In this document: positions 21,601 through 34,889 of the stretch, piece by piece | How the letters are laid out: every line of letters starts with the position of its first letter | Numbering within the stretch: position 1 is the first letter of the stretch | From: Octopus sinensis | Lineage: Eukaryota | Length of the DNA stretch: 64,000 bases | Assembly (NCBI RefSeq): GCF_006345805.1 | Contig: NC_042997.1 | Span: forward strand, 91,884,001 to 91,948,000 | Direction: 5' to 3' | Made by a program: the position numbers and the translations under genes | Notes under the pieces: model-generated | What the model was told of the DNA's origin: nothing | Databases searched by the model: none | What the model saw: the letters and a program-made list of their open reading frames with translations, nothing else

Positions 21601-24600
21601 GTGAGTCAACTTTTTTTGGTGTTTTTGTTCATACTTTAGTATAAAAACTTGTATACTCCACTTTCTCAAAAATTTATATTTTTAAGTAAAATTTTCTACA
21701 AATATTTTTCAGATGATGTATATTATAGTATCAAAATTTAATGGGGGGAAATTAGAGGCAGGTTGCAATATTTTACACATCGTGACTTGGTTTCCTCAAA
21801 TATTTTAATAATGCAAATTGAAAAAATTACTTTTGTGAACTATTCCATCATTTCCTGAAAATTTTCTGAATGAAATCCTTGTAAAATAAATAGATAAAAT
21901 GCTAACAATAATTATTAAATACATATTTCTTTCATTATTTAATTGTAGTTGTCTGTCTTCATGTTCTGAGTTCAAATTCTGCCGATGTTGACTTTGCCTT
22001 TCATCCTTTCAGAGTTGATAAATTAAGTACCAGTTGTGTACTAAAGTTGATCTAATTGACTGGCCCCCTTTCCCCAAAATTTTTGAGCCTTGTGCCTAGA
22101 GTAGAAAAGATTTTATAGTAGTCTTAATCTCTGTGCTTTAAAAAAGCTCCAAAGGAACCAATCCTCTACATGGTTGTTTAGTATGCTAGAAACAACAGGG
22201 ATCATGTGGACTTCAAAATTAATTTTTTTCAATATAATTGTAATATACATTATCGAAACATATGAAGAAACAGAGTCGAAATGTATAAAATATCAGCCCC
22301 CGCCCACCTTTTTTTCTTTTTTGACATTAAATTCCTATAAAATTGTAATCATCTGAAATATATTTGTAAAAAATTTCCATTTTTCAGAAAGTTATGAGAA
22401 AACAAAGTCGGTAGTGTGAGTTGGGGGAGGGGGCACCTTTCTGTAGTTATTTAGTGAACAAGTGAGCAGTATTAGGCAAATTAAGGATACAAAAGAAAAT
22501 TGGATATAAGAAATCAGAAAGATTTCAGAAATTGGGAATCAAAAGTGTAAATATCATTTGGTGAAGAGCAGAAAACGGTCTGGAAGGCAGTCTTTCTGCT
22601 AGCATAGATAAAAACTAACATGTTTTTATTTTTCAATTATATTATATGATTAACATTGTCATGGGTATTTGAATTGATGACAATTTTGCTGATTGGAGAA
22701 TACAGTGTACAGAATATATTGAGCTTATCTATTGCCTGTGGCAGAGTGGCTCCTAACACAGCAAAATAATGGAGCACTAATTGATTGTACAGAAGTCTTG
22801 ATACATCCTACACCTGTAAGTTATACCTCCACAGCTTTGTGAGTTGACCTATTAAAAATTAAACACACTCATATCATAAGAATTCATTTTTTTCCTTCAC
22901 TTTTCTCATAACCAGATGTTTCAGTTATTGTTCAACAACCAAATAAGAACTTTTGGATTCCTGAATAACTCCACCCAAAATGCAAAATCAATACTATAAA
23001 CTCATTATTTTGCTTGTAGCATGTTCTAGGGGGTTTTTTTGCCCCCATTTTCAAGAAAATATATATGTATGAATTTTTAGAATGAACTAGTATTTATTGG
23101 CTGACTATCCCTAATATCTGCAGTTTAATCTGAAATGAGATTGTCAATTTTCAAGTGTGTTCATTCATTTCAAAAAGTGATGATCATGACATGGTAAGTC
23201 CTCAGTAGATTTAAGCAATAAAAATAAATGAATAGTCATAGGCATGTAGTTTTGGGTTCAGTCCCACTACACAGCACCTTGAGCAAGTATCATCTACTAT
23301 TGCACTAAGCTGAACACTACCTTGTGAGTGAATTTGATTGGTGGAAACTGTGAAGAAGTCCAGTTTATGTATATAAAGTTAGCTTCTCAACCACATGTGT
23401 AGCACCTTGAGCTTGTGTCTTTTGCATTAGCCTCAGGCTGACCAAAGCCTTGTGAGTGGATTTGGTAGATGGAATCTGAAAGCCCATTATACACATATAT
23501 ATATAGATATGTATGTATGTATGCATATATCTATGTACACCCCACCACCTCTTGGTAACTGGTGCTGGTTTGTTTATGTTCACATAACTTAGAGGCTCAG
23601 CAAAATAGACTGATGAAATAAGTACCAGGTTTCGAAAAAAGTACTGAGGTTGAGTTTTGACTAAATTTTGATACAGTGCCCCAGCACGGATACTGCTAGT
23701 TGCTCAACAGTTATGATGGGATTTTGTTCCACCAAAGTTTACAGGACATTGTCATCAAGCTCTACAGATCTTTCAGGATGAGGTTTGTCTTCTAGGCTGT
23801 AGTTTCTGGTTCAGAATTTCTGGAACCACCGCTAACACTGGTTTATGCTTATTGTCCGATCCTCATATACTGCATTAATATTCCTTGCACTTTCCATTGC
23901 ATTGTTACCTTTAATTGAACTCATAATGCAAAATATGCCGAATATGCTCTTTTGTCACTTCCATTAAAGCTTCGAAAAAATAACTGTTAAAATTGAACTG
24001 CACTCTTGAAAACTTATACTAAGGATAAGAACAAGGGAACATTTCTATCGACTTTTATAGGAAGTTGATGCAGGTAGTTTATCTCATCCCCCTCTGACTT
24101 TTAGGTCATGCAATTGGAAAAAAACCACATTATTTATGGGATGACCCAATATATATATTTATATATATCCAGTAGTTCATGGTCAAAAAAAGATCATTGA
24201 TCAGTAAAGTTTATTGAATAATATATTAGTCACACTTTCCTCCATATCAAAATTAATAAAGTAACCTTTTTAAGATGACAAATACTATGCAACACCAGAT
24301 TCAGTAACAACTTACATTGCTGAGTATGCAATAAATAAATGAATACATGAAGAAAAGAACTGGACAAATGTGGTTAAGCACTACACATACTTCCAAAGCA
24401 GAAAAAAATCCATATTATGAGTGTAAAATTACTTCATAATTTATGATGTAATTCACCTTTCCTTTTGGTGCAAATTGCTAGTATTAATTGTGAAATAAGG
24501 TTTGATACCTTGTAGTTCACACCTGAAAGAAAAGTAAATTACATTGTAAATTACGTAGTAATTTTACATTCATAATATAAACTTTTTCTGCTTTGGAAAT

Positions 24601-24659
24601 GTGCACATTGTTTAACTGTATCCATTCTTTTCTTTCATATATATCATCATCATCATTAT

Positions 24660-25085
24660 CACAATCTTCATCTTCCCCATCATTTAATGTCTGCTTTACA
24701 TGCTGGCATGGGTTAGACAGTTTGACTGAAGATGGTAAGCTGGAGAGCTGCACCAAGCTACAGTCTGGCTTAGTTTTCCTATGGTTGGATGTGTTCCTAA
24801 TGCCAACCATTCTGCAAGTGTGTACCAAGTGCCTTTTATGTGTCACTGGCATGGGTGCCATTCAAGCGTCACTAGCACTTGCTGTGACCACAATTTCACT
24901 TAGCTTGATGTGTCTTCTGAAGCACAGCTATTTACCTGACATCCCAGTCATTTGTCATCACTTCTGTAAGACTCAACATCCAAAGATCACATTTCACCAC
25001 CTTGTCCCACAGGTTCCTTCCACAGAGATTGGCACTTCTTTATGCAGCTGTCCTCGTCCATACACATCATATGACCATACCAATG
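24660..25085 (-). mobile_element. RTE 3' end fragment with UTR and tail
   Basis: VEGTCGTRW remnant and a 3' UTR shared with 47217-47790. Confidence 0.7.
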
Positions 25086-25098
25086 CATTCATATCTCC

Positions 25099-25144
<46 letters not shown>

Positions 25145-25147
25145 AGG

Positions 25148-25480
25148 TAAAGACCCCCTTTGGTCATGAATAACCATGGGATTTCACCTAGAAAGTTCCC
25201 TTTCAAGGCACAAGTCCAGGCAAGGTTGTTTATGGAAGACCAGCAGTTGCCCATGCTTACCAGCCTCCCCTCTCCATGCCACTGATGTTATCCAAGGAAA
25301 AGGAAAAGGCCAATACAGCTTAGCATCAGTGATATTACAACTCATTTCTAAAGTTGAGTGAACTGGAGAAAAGGAAATAAAGTTTCTTACCCAAGAACAC
25401 AACACACAGGCTGGTCCAAGAACTGAACCCAGTACTTCATGATTGTGAGCCTGATGTTCTAACCACTGAGCCATATGCCT
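25148..25480 (-). mobile_element. tRNA-derived SINE (family C)
   Basis: Head tggctcagtggttaga...gggttcagttc; ends ccaaagggggtcttt; matches the plus-strand copy at 34495-34824. Confidence 0.78.
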
Positions 25481-25734
25481 TCTCTATATACATACATCCT
25501 CTTCTTTACTTCTTTATGCCTTTAAACCTCCAACGCGGAGTATAGGCCACTTATAGTTGAATTCCATGTCGCATAATTTTTGGCTTCTGTACTTATAACA
25601 TAACATGACATGACATACATACATAGATAGGTGCATGCACATTCCTCCACAGATAAGTGTGCATGCCAGAACACAAATATATTTTATTCTAAGAGACAAG
25701 TTAAATAGCAAAAAGTAAAAAGATGGTCCTGGTG

Positions 25735-25865
25735 CTCAAATTTTTGAACTGAGAAGAAGCAGGACAGGCACCAGGTCCTGCGTTCTGATGCTTTGTTTTC
25801 CCAGGAAGAAAAGGGAATGTTGCATTGTTTCAGATTGTCTTTTAGTTTGTCTTTGAGGTTAATGC
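25735..25865 (-). mobile_element. BovB/RTE-type C-terminal ORF remnant
   Basis: KDKLKDNLKQCNIPFSSWENKASERRTW motif typical of RTE ORF ends. Confidence 0.55.
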
Positions 25866-26836
25866 TTGGAATCTCCTTGAGAGAGCACATCAGTAGCGAG
25901 GTCATCAGATAGAAGTCCGGTGTGAGGGATATCATCGTAGAATATACACGCAGATATGTGTATCTCAATGCTTGGTAATTGCTCGGTTTGTTTATGCCCT
26001 CATAACTTAGCACCTTGACAAAAAGAAAATGATAGAATAAGTACTTGAAAATTAGGCCCTAGGGTTGATCTGATCCTTTCAAGATAGTGGAAGGTCACTG
26101 TTTAATAACTGAAACAGTGCTAGGACAATTTGTCCCCAGTTATTTCATTGTCGGTTAATTTGCCCCCAGTCAATTCATCATTGATCAATTCATCTCCAGG
26201 TCAATATGTCGCAGGCCAATTCATCCCAAAATACTCTTAAATGTGATTTTTGAGGGTAAGTTTAGAACAATCACTTTAGAATTAAAAGTGCCATTGGACA
26301 GTTTTAGATATTTTTTTTCCTTTCTTTAATCTCTCTCTCTTTCTCAACAAATAGCTTACAAACTACAGAATTTTATCAAGAACGCCAAGAGAAAAAGATG
26401 TTTTATGTGACACATTCTACCAGTATACGAAGTTTAAAAATGTTTAGTTACAAAAATCTATTTTTTAAATCTGCCGGTCAAAGTGAAAAGATGCCAGACG
26501 TCAACATAATGACTTTTTCATCCCAAATATTTTGACCTTGTGCTTCTGTTAGAAAATCCTTTAATCTTACAGTTCCCTTTATCTAAAACTTGTAGCTTTG
26601 AGGTTGTCAGAAGTCATTGTATTTCATTACAAGATGGTAAATTGGCTGTGTCATGAGAATATGAAATGAAATACCTTGCAACATTTAGTTCACTCAAACC
26701 TTCGACACCCCACTAACTCCCTTAATGGGGGATAAGAGATTCAATGACAACTTCCCTTCACTATCCTGAGCCATCTTCCACAATATTCTTCAACACTGTC
26801 CAGAGCAGAATTTGATTTGTTTACAGTTGCCAACAG

Positions 26837-27586
26837 GTGCTGTCACGCACAAAATGTGTTTCCATATACTGTTTCCTGACTGGCTTAAAATGATCAAACT
26901 TTAAACCTCTATAACGTTTTAAAAACGTTTCTGGGAAAATTGAAGGATCTTTTCGGTTTGAACGGCAGTTTTTAACATAATTTCTAGGTAACTAAAACAT
27001 TTTAAACTTCGTATACTGGTAGAATGTGTTTATAAAACATCTTTATCTCTTGGCTTTATTGAGAAAATTCTATAGTTTGTAAGATATTTGTTGTTCTTTT
27101 TCTGCAATTTCAACCAATCACTGACGTCTATTGAGGTAAAAAACATTCTGTGCCATATGAATATGTCCCTCGTTTAAGAAACGGATTGGGTTTATTTACA
27201 TTTGTGAAGAAAAAAAGATAACCTTCCCCCACCCCTAACCCTAATCCTAAAACAGATTGAAATGCAATAGATCGATACTAGGGTCATAATTATGGGTGAC
27301 AATTTCATATGACACCACTAGAAAAACTGCCGTTCAAAACGAAAAGATCCAAATTGAAATATCCCAGCGGATCTTTTCTGTTTGGTTGCCAGCAGCTCCA
27401 AAAATTGAAGTTTACCAAAGATTTTAAAATTCGGCACAATAATACACTTGCACAAACTGAATTGCTGGAGTTATTTCATTTTTTCTAGAAAAATATTTTA
27501 AAAAAGTTATAGAGGTTTAAAGTTTGATCATTTTCACCCAGTCAGGAAACAGGATTTGGAAGCTGTCATTTTGTGCGTGACTGCAC
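26837..27586. mobile_element. Older TIR element hosting the nested MITE
   Basis: Inverted ends of about 85 bp: gtgc(t/a)gtcacgcacaaaatg...tttcctgactgg..aaaatgatcaaactttaaacctctataac. Confidence 0.7.
26945..27350. mobile_element. MITE, same family as 7696-8107, opposite orientation, 8-bp TSD
   Basis: Same TIRs; TSD AAATTGAA at 26937-26944 and 27351-27358. Confidence 0.9.
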
Positions 27587-28193
27587 ATTTCATCGTCAAT
27601 AAATAATAATAGTATGTTGTCAATATTCATAAACAACGTTGTCTCCAATAATTTTCTTTCATATAAATAAATCTTATTTAGCTGTTATTTTTAGCACACC
27701 TCTCAACCACCAGTGTTTAATGTAAATATAATAAACAACATGTTACATGTGATTGACACATAACAATTTTTAACAAAGATTTAAAAGAATTAGATGAAAG
27801 TTCTCCAGTAATTTTCTTTCATTTAAATAACTGTTTATGCTAATTTAAAAGAGAAAAACAATTAGTTTTAAATCTCTGAGCGAGATTTTGGCAAATAAAG
27901 TTTAATTTAAAAGATTTATCCAAAAACACTTATTTAGCTGTTATTTTTAGCACACCTCACAACCACCTCAATGGCTCAATGACAAAAAGAAACAAACATG
28001 AAACATGTTTAATTACAATCTAAATATGCTTAAAAAACAAACATTTAAATTTCAGTTTTAATTTTAAAATATCCTCTTCTGTTTTCAATGTTTCCATAAA
28101 AGAAGCGAAGTTAGTGAAGCTTACTGCCATAATCACACAGAACATAGCATCAAATTTGTCAACATGTTCTTCCTTGCAGATAAAAGACTTTTC

Positions 28194-29195
28194 GGATCTT
28201 TTCCTTTTGAACGGCGCATGTCAACACAATTTCTAGTTAATTAAACACTTTAAAACTTCGTATACTGGTAGAATGTGTCAAAATAAAACATTTTTTCTCT
28301 TGGCTTTCTTGAAAAAATTGTAATTCGTTTGTTTAACATAGTTTAATTTTTCGAATTTCAACCAATGAATCGCCTCTAATTGAGCTAAAATCATTTGCTG
28401 CGTCTAAAACTGAGACAACATCCTGTCACTAACCCTAAACCTCACCCTAGCCCTAAATTTTCTTTCCTTAATTATTAAATTAATTCAATTGTTACACGTG
28501 TAAAAAAAACGTTTTTTTTTACACGCGTAAATGTTTTATCGTTTCGAGGTCGATAAATTAAGTACCAATTACGCACTGGTGTCGAGGATTTTTTTCCCAC
28601 TTTATATCACAGCCTCCGACAAGCTGGGGCATCCTTTTATGAAAAAAATATTTCGCAAATATTTACAATACGACCCACACTCCACGCGCACCCTCTAGAC
28701 CGATTTAGGCATATCATTGTTTTGTTTTTGTTGTTTTTGGCCCTTCAAAACCATGGGAGAAACCTTTTCAGTAAAAAAAAATAAAGAAAATATAAAAAAA
28801 AATATCGTTAATATTTTTATTGGGCGACGAAATTCATCGATTTAAGAGATATGGCTGTTATTTCTAGCACATGCCTCCTCCTTTGTTTATCAATATTGAT
28901 GAGCGAGACAGACAGAAGAGAGAAGGATGAATAACACGTGTGTGTGTGTGTGTGTGCTGTTTACGTTGCAACAGGCTGTTGTCTGAGTTTTTAGACGCAG
29001 CAAATGATTTGAGCTCAAATGCTGGCATTTCATTGGTTAAAATTCGAAGAATTAAACTACGTTAAACTTACAAATTACAATTTTCTCAAAAAAGCCAAGT
29101 GAAAATAATGTTTTCTATTGACACATTCTACCAGTATACGAAGTTTCAAATTGTTTAGTTAACTAGAAATTCTGTCCATCAAAAGGAAAAGATCT
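28194..29195. mobile_element. Fold-back element with about 230-bp TIRs, related to the GGATC MITE family
   Basis: 28194-28426 is the imperfect reverse complement of 28971-29195; shares aaacttcgtatactggtagaatgtgt with the 410-bp MITEs. Confidence 0.8.
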
Positions 29196-29605
29196 GCGAC
29201 GTGTCCAGCCCATCTAAACTTGCTGCGTGTATATTCTACGATGATATCCCTCACTCCGGACTTCTGTCTGATGACCTCGCTACTGATGTGCTCTCTCAAG
29301 GAGATTCCAAGCATTGACCTCACCATGGCTCTTTGAGCCATTACCAATCTCTGCTCTTCTCTCTTTGTTGTAGCCCATGTTTCACTACCATATAACATTG
29401 CAGGTAGAACTGTGCTATTGATGAGGTTGGCGCGGGTGGTCATGTCCAACCTTCCTTTGAGCACATCCCTTATGCCATTAAACGCCTTTCTTCCAGCCCT
29501 TACTCTCCGCGAGATCTCCTTTTCGATGTTTCGGCACATATTCACTTCCTGTCCAAGGTAGACATATTCCTTTACCTCTTCTATCTCCTTTACCTGAATA
29601 TATTA
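29196..29605 (-). mobile_element. RTE LINE fragment (distinct family)
   Basis: YVYLGQEVN...EISRRVRAG...VLPAMLYGSETW...RSMLGISLRE...KFRWAGHVA, cut off at the MITE end. Confidence 0.88.
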
Positions 29606-29857
29606 CACTTAATATGAAATCAATTCAAACAGAAAATCGTCGCTGGCAACCGAACAGAAAAGATCTACACCAGCAATTCCGCATGGAAAAGTATATATAT
29701 TATTGTGCCAAATTTTAAAATTTTCGATTAACTTTAAGTTTTGAAATGCTGGCACCAAACCAACTAGATCCGCACTTTCTTTCCCACCCTGGAAAAAAAA
29801 ATTAAACTTCATCGGTAAAAAAATGAAAATTCAATATAATTATTATTTTATTATTTA

Positions 29858-30248
29858 CTAGCAGTATCACCCGGCGTTGCTCGGGTTTGTAAGGGAAATA
29901 ACTATATAAGCATTTTTAGAGATGTAAAGTATAATAGCCATCTCAATATGGCTAACCACAAAGGGGGGGGGGTACTGTAACTTTTTACGTTCTGAGATTT
30001 AATAATAAATTTTTAGAGAGTTACTTCCCTTATATAAAAATGGGAAAAATTGATGGTAAATTATTTTTAAAATCGTAGACTCATCGAAGATGCGCGCTAA
30101 TACCCAGAATGGCTCGATATGAATCACGACTATAAGATACCCGGTTTTGGTTAAACTGCACCGCAAAATGTGGTGGTAGTTAGGAATCTAAATCGTAGGA
30201 GACAGACAGCACACAACCTCACTTTTATATATAAAGAAGATATAAAGA
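29858..30248 (-). mobile_element. Non-autonomous Helitron-like element
   Basis: Minus strand begins TCTTTATAT and ends with hairpin cccgagcaacgccggg followed by CTAG|T; sits between A and T with no TSD. Confidence 0.75.
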
Positions 30249-30700
30249 TTGAATAAAAGAAATTTATAATTTATTGAAAGTTCATGTTAAGAAAATATTG
30301 CAAGTTAAAGAATTATCTCCCTTAGACTTCTATGCTGAAAAAACATAGAAACCAATGTTCATGAGAGTTTTAGATAATTAGACATCGACATAAATGATCT
30401 GTGTCAGGATAACAGTATCTCCAGTTGTTTGCTACTCAACCTTTACAATAAAGATAATGAATTGACAGTTCTCTTTCCAGTAAGTATAATTTATCACAGT
30501 TTTTACATACATATGCATTACGTGGAGGCGGTTTCGTAAATAATGTTTTTATTGTGCTAGATGTGTCTGAAATTATATAAAAAAAAGGGTTTTTTCAATT
30601 AGAAGAAACAAAAATCAAATATTTATTTTTAAGTCAGCCATCAATACCATCTGTAAACCCAACGATAAATGAAATTTATTATGTTGTTGGTGAATAATTC

Positions 30701-31110
30701 TTATTTCTTTATTGCCCACAAGGGGTTAAACATAGAGGGGGACAAACAAGGACAGACAAAGGGATTAAGTCGTTTACATCGACCCCAGTGCATAACTGGT
30801 ACTTCATTTATCAACCCCGAAAGAATGAAAGGCAAAGTCGACCTCGGCGGAATTTGAACTCAAAATGTAACGGCAGACGAAATACCTATTTCTTTACTAC
30901 CCACAGGGGGCTAAACACAGAGAGGACAAACAAGGACAGACAAACGGATTAAGTTGATTATATCGACCCCAGTGCATAACTGGTACTTATTTAATCAACA
31001 TGAAAGGATGAAAGGCAAAGTGAACCTCGGCGGAATTTGAACTCAGAACGTAGTGGCAGACGAAATACTGCTAAGCATTTCGTCCGGCGTGCTAACGTTT
31101 CTGCCAGCTC
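30701..31110 (-). mobile_element. SINE with Meta-like central domain (family B), 3' part tandemly duplicated
   Basis: Minus strand gagctggcagaaacgttagcacg...gagttcaaattccgccgagg..gactttgcctttcatcctttc...aagtaccag; a unit of about 183 bp occurs twice; other copies near 13012, 17735, 18075, 21945, 42620 and 53175. Confidence 0.8.
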
Positions 31111-32241
31111 AGGCGAAAAAAACCCTTTGGACAAAACACACCTAGGAGGAGGAAAAAAAAAAAAAAAGCAAGCATTTTTAAGTCATAATTTTTCTAATTA
31201 TTTATAGTTATATATATATAATAACCCCAATCACAAAAATGGATATAATAAAAAGAACATCATAGAATATCTTGGAAAAATTAAAACAAACACAATATTA
31301 AAAACCTCATTAAATGTTGTGGTTCATTTAAAGTTCATTTTACTACAACCTGATGCTGTGCCCTATGCCATTCAGAAATTCCTCCATGGTCTTCCTCTCA
31401 CTCACATAGTCCAGGGTGGGATTATGTCCAGACCCCAGTGCTCTATGACCTAGGACTCAAATATGCGGTCTTTATTTAAAGCTGTTTGGAAGTGTATCAA
31501 AGGACTACGTTTTAACCAGTTGAGTGACTATATAGATGTTTTTTTTTTCTTGCAAGCATGAAGGAGGTAAACCATTCATTTATTCAGGTAAGGGTTGGAT
31601 TTTTTTTTATCTGAATGTAGTAAAAGTACAATAAACCCACCAATTTCCAATTAAATGCCACTAGGTGATTCTCATTCCTTGTAGCAAGTTAGTTTGACTC
31701 CCATTTCTGTATTATAACTCCTACTGTGTTAATACCGCCATACCCATAACTACTAACTCAGTAGTCATACTACTGAAGTCATACCACGACTAAAGACATC
31801 ACCATACCACTAAAGAAACCATCACAGCACAATGGCATCATTTTGGTATATAATTTCATGTTAACAGGGGTTAAAATGGAAGGTGATATTGGGTAGCATT
31901 TGGAAATACCCTCTAAAATAAAATAATCAACTGACAACATAAGAGTAATATTTGTTTTCTAGCTGATATATTAGAATATTTTATTATTAGCAATTAGGCA
32001 TGGCCAAAGACAATTTTTAAATTCACTTTTGTTACATTTCTTGCAATAATTTCCCTCCAAGCATTCTTTTGATTCAAAGAGTAAAAACAGATGCTTAACA
32101 ACATACAGGTGTAAGCATGGCTGTGTTGTTAAGAAGCTTGCTTTGCAACCATAGGTTTCATGTTCAGTCCCACTGTGTGACACCTTTAGCAAGTGTCTCC
32201 TACTAGTTGGTCATAAATTTAAAACATAACTCTTTAAATGA

Positions 32242-32610
32242 TCACTTCTTTTTACCTGCAGTCTTTGGTCTTGAATTTCCATGGTGCATTTTACCTAACT
32301 GCTTCAAAACTTTATATGTTTGGATGCTGCCAGATGATCTTGTTGTTGGTGGTAACTGCTGAGATTGTTGTGATTTGTTGGGATCTGAAGACTGGCATCT
32401 AGCTGCTGCATGTTTATTTTTACCAGTTGATTTTGACGTTGGGTCACTCATTCCAACCTCATACAGAGCTTTTGCTATAGATCGTTCATCCTCTTCTTTA
32501 TTTATCATATGAGAATATTTCTCTCTGCTCTGCTGAATGTATTGTTGCTTATTATAGCTTCCTTCTCCATTGCTTGCGAATTTCTCAATATTCCACAAAG
32601 GAATTGGTTG
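32242..32610 (-). CDS. CCDC157: CCDC157 terminal coding exon 9
   Basis: Acceptor tttacag|CAA in frame with the 32242-32598 ORF (QPIPLWNIEK...), low-complexity tail, TGA at 32244-32242. Confidence 0.75.
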   Translation of the reverse strand, partial: QPIPLWNIEKFASNGEGSYNKQQYIQQSREKYSHMINKEEDERSIAKALYEVGMSDPTSKSTGKNKHAAARCQSSDPNKSQQSQQLPPTTRSSGSIQTYKVLKQLGKMHHGNSRPKTAGKKK

Positions 32611-34451
32611 CTGTAAATAACCATGAGAAAACTTTAAAAAATGCTAAAATATATTTGAATTTTTTAGATGATGTCACTATTATTAGTTTATCATCTCGAA
32701 CAATCTTTTCACTTTGGAGTAAATCTTTCTACTTGTAAAATATCATGACATTTCACTTAAGCCCTCTAAAGATTAATTTAACCAGTTCATTTAAAACACG
32801 TATTTAATATATTTCAATTAACTAGTTTATCTGCACATTTTAGTTAAGTTATCTGGTTGAACTCTTCTTATAACTAATTAACTTGACAATATCTATTTTA
32901 ATATTAATGACTTGTAGGGACATGGTATTTTGTTATACAACCATAATATACTATGAAGTATATTGTGTTTTTATAAGTCATTACTGTGTCGTACCGTGTA
33001 GAGATAGATAACCATAACAAGTCATCATTATTATCCTCATCATTTAACATCAGTTTTCCATACTTGATAGATCTTCTCAGTACAGCATATCACCCAATGA
33101 GGTGCTTTTTACGTTGCTAGTTACACAACACTGGCATCAGCCATGACTACAATTTCACTTAGCTTGATAGGTGTTCTCAAGCACAGCATAATGCCAAAGG
33201 TCCGGTCACTTGTCATTGCCTATGTGAGGCCCAACATTCAAAGATCATGCTTCAACACCTTGTCCCATGTCTTCCTGGGTCTATCTCTTCCATGGGTTAC
33301 CTCCACCTTTAGAGTGCAGCACATCTTTAAACGGTTGTCTTCGTCCATACACATCACAAGACCATACCAGCACAGTCTTTTCTCTTGCACACCACAAATG
33401 CCCACCTTTTCTCTTATGCTCAACTTTTCTCTCGGGATGCTTACATTCTGTTGTGCGTGCACACTGACATTAACATCCAGCAAAGCATACTAGCTTCATT
33501 TTTTACAAGCCTATGCATATCCTCAGCAGTTATAGCCTATGTTTCACTACTGTGTAGCATAGCTGACAATCTTTGTTACCAGCTGAGGTAGGAGCTCTCT
33601 GAACTTTGCCCAATCTATTCTTATTCTAGGAGCTACACATTCAGAGCATCCACCCCAAAGGTAACAGAAGCTATAGACTACTTCTACTTTTCCCCCCTTG
33701 GCATGTGATGGGATCTATTTTCTGTACATTTTTAGTGTTAATGGTACCTGTGCATCTTTCACACACAAAAACTATTTTCCCTGTTAACCTTCCTCTGATA
33801 TTGTTGCACCTCTTATGCATCCAAAACTTACACTGCCTATGCCTTTTCTACAGATTGAGCAGGGCCATCTGCCTAAAGGGATTTGTGAATTGTCTGACTT
33901 CCTACTTACTAAGACTTTGGTTTTTGCTAGGTTAACTGTAAGATTCTTTGATTCCAGACCTTGCTTCTACACCTGAAACTTCTTCTCTAGTTCTGGTAGT
34001 GATTCAGCTATAAGAACAAGGCTATTAGCATAGAAGAGCTCCCAGGGATAGCTTGTCTTAAATTCCTCTGTTATTGCCTGGAAGACTATGAGAAACAAGA
34101 GGAGGCTGAGGACTTGGTGAACCTCTACTTGCACCCTGAATTTTTCTCTGTACTGGATGCCAACCCTCACCTTACTGACAGCATCCCTGTATGGCTTGTA
34201 CAGCTCTCACCAACCACTCATCTATCCCTAGTTTCTGCATCGGCCACCAGATAAGGGCCTAGAACAATAGAATGATTACATTACAAAATTAATTCTCATC
34301 CATCCTTAATCTCTGATCAAAGACCACCGGGGCTTATAGTCATTATAGATGTATTATAGTCATGCTATTTAGCTCTCTTTAGGTTTGGGCCACAGGTCCA
34401 ATTAGCCCTCCGCAGAAGCTAAGTTCATACAGAATGCAGCATTTAAGCTAG

Positions 34452-34488
<37 letters not shown>

Positions 34489-34856
34489 ATGAAGGTGCAT
34501 AGCTCAGTGGTTAGAGCATAGGGCTCGATCATGAGGTAGTGAATTTGATTCCTAGACCAAGATATGTGTTGTGTTCTTGAGCAAGACACTTTATTTCATG
34601 TTGTTCCAGTTCACTCATCTGCAGAAATGAGTTGCGACATTACTGGTGCCAAGCTGTATCAGCCTTTGCCTTTCCCTTGGGTAACATCAGTGGTGTGAAG
34701 ACGAGAAACTGTTATGCATAGGTGACCTCTGGTCTTCCATAAACAACGTTAACCAGACTTTTGCCTTGAAGGGGAACTTTTTAGGTGCAATCCCATGGTC
34801 ATTCATAACCAAAGGGGGTCTTTTATACACATGCATGCATGCATCCATCCATCCAT

Positions 34857-34889
<33 letters not shown>

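Noticed and set aside
25400-25480. tRNA-like sequences (also near 34495, 7500 and 59865)
   Set aside because: A/B boxes are present but no complete cloverleaf; they continue into SINE bodies.
27640-27970. Local direct repeats of about 30-40 bp
   Set aside because: AT-rich degenerate duplication with no further structure.
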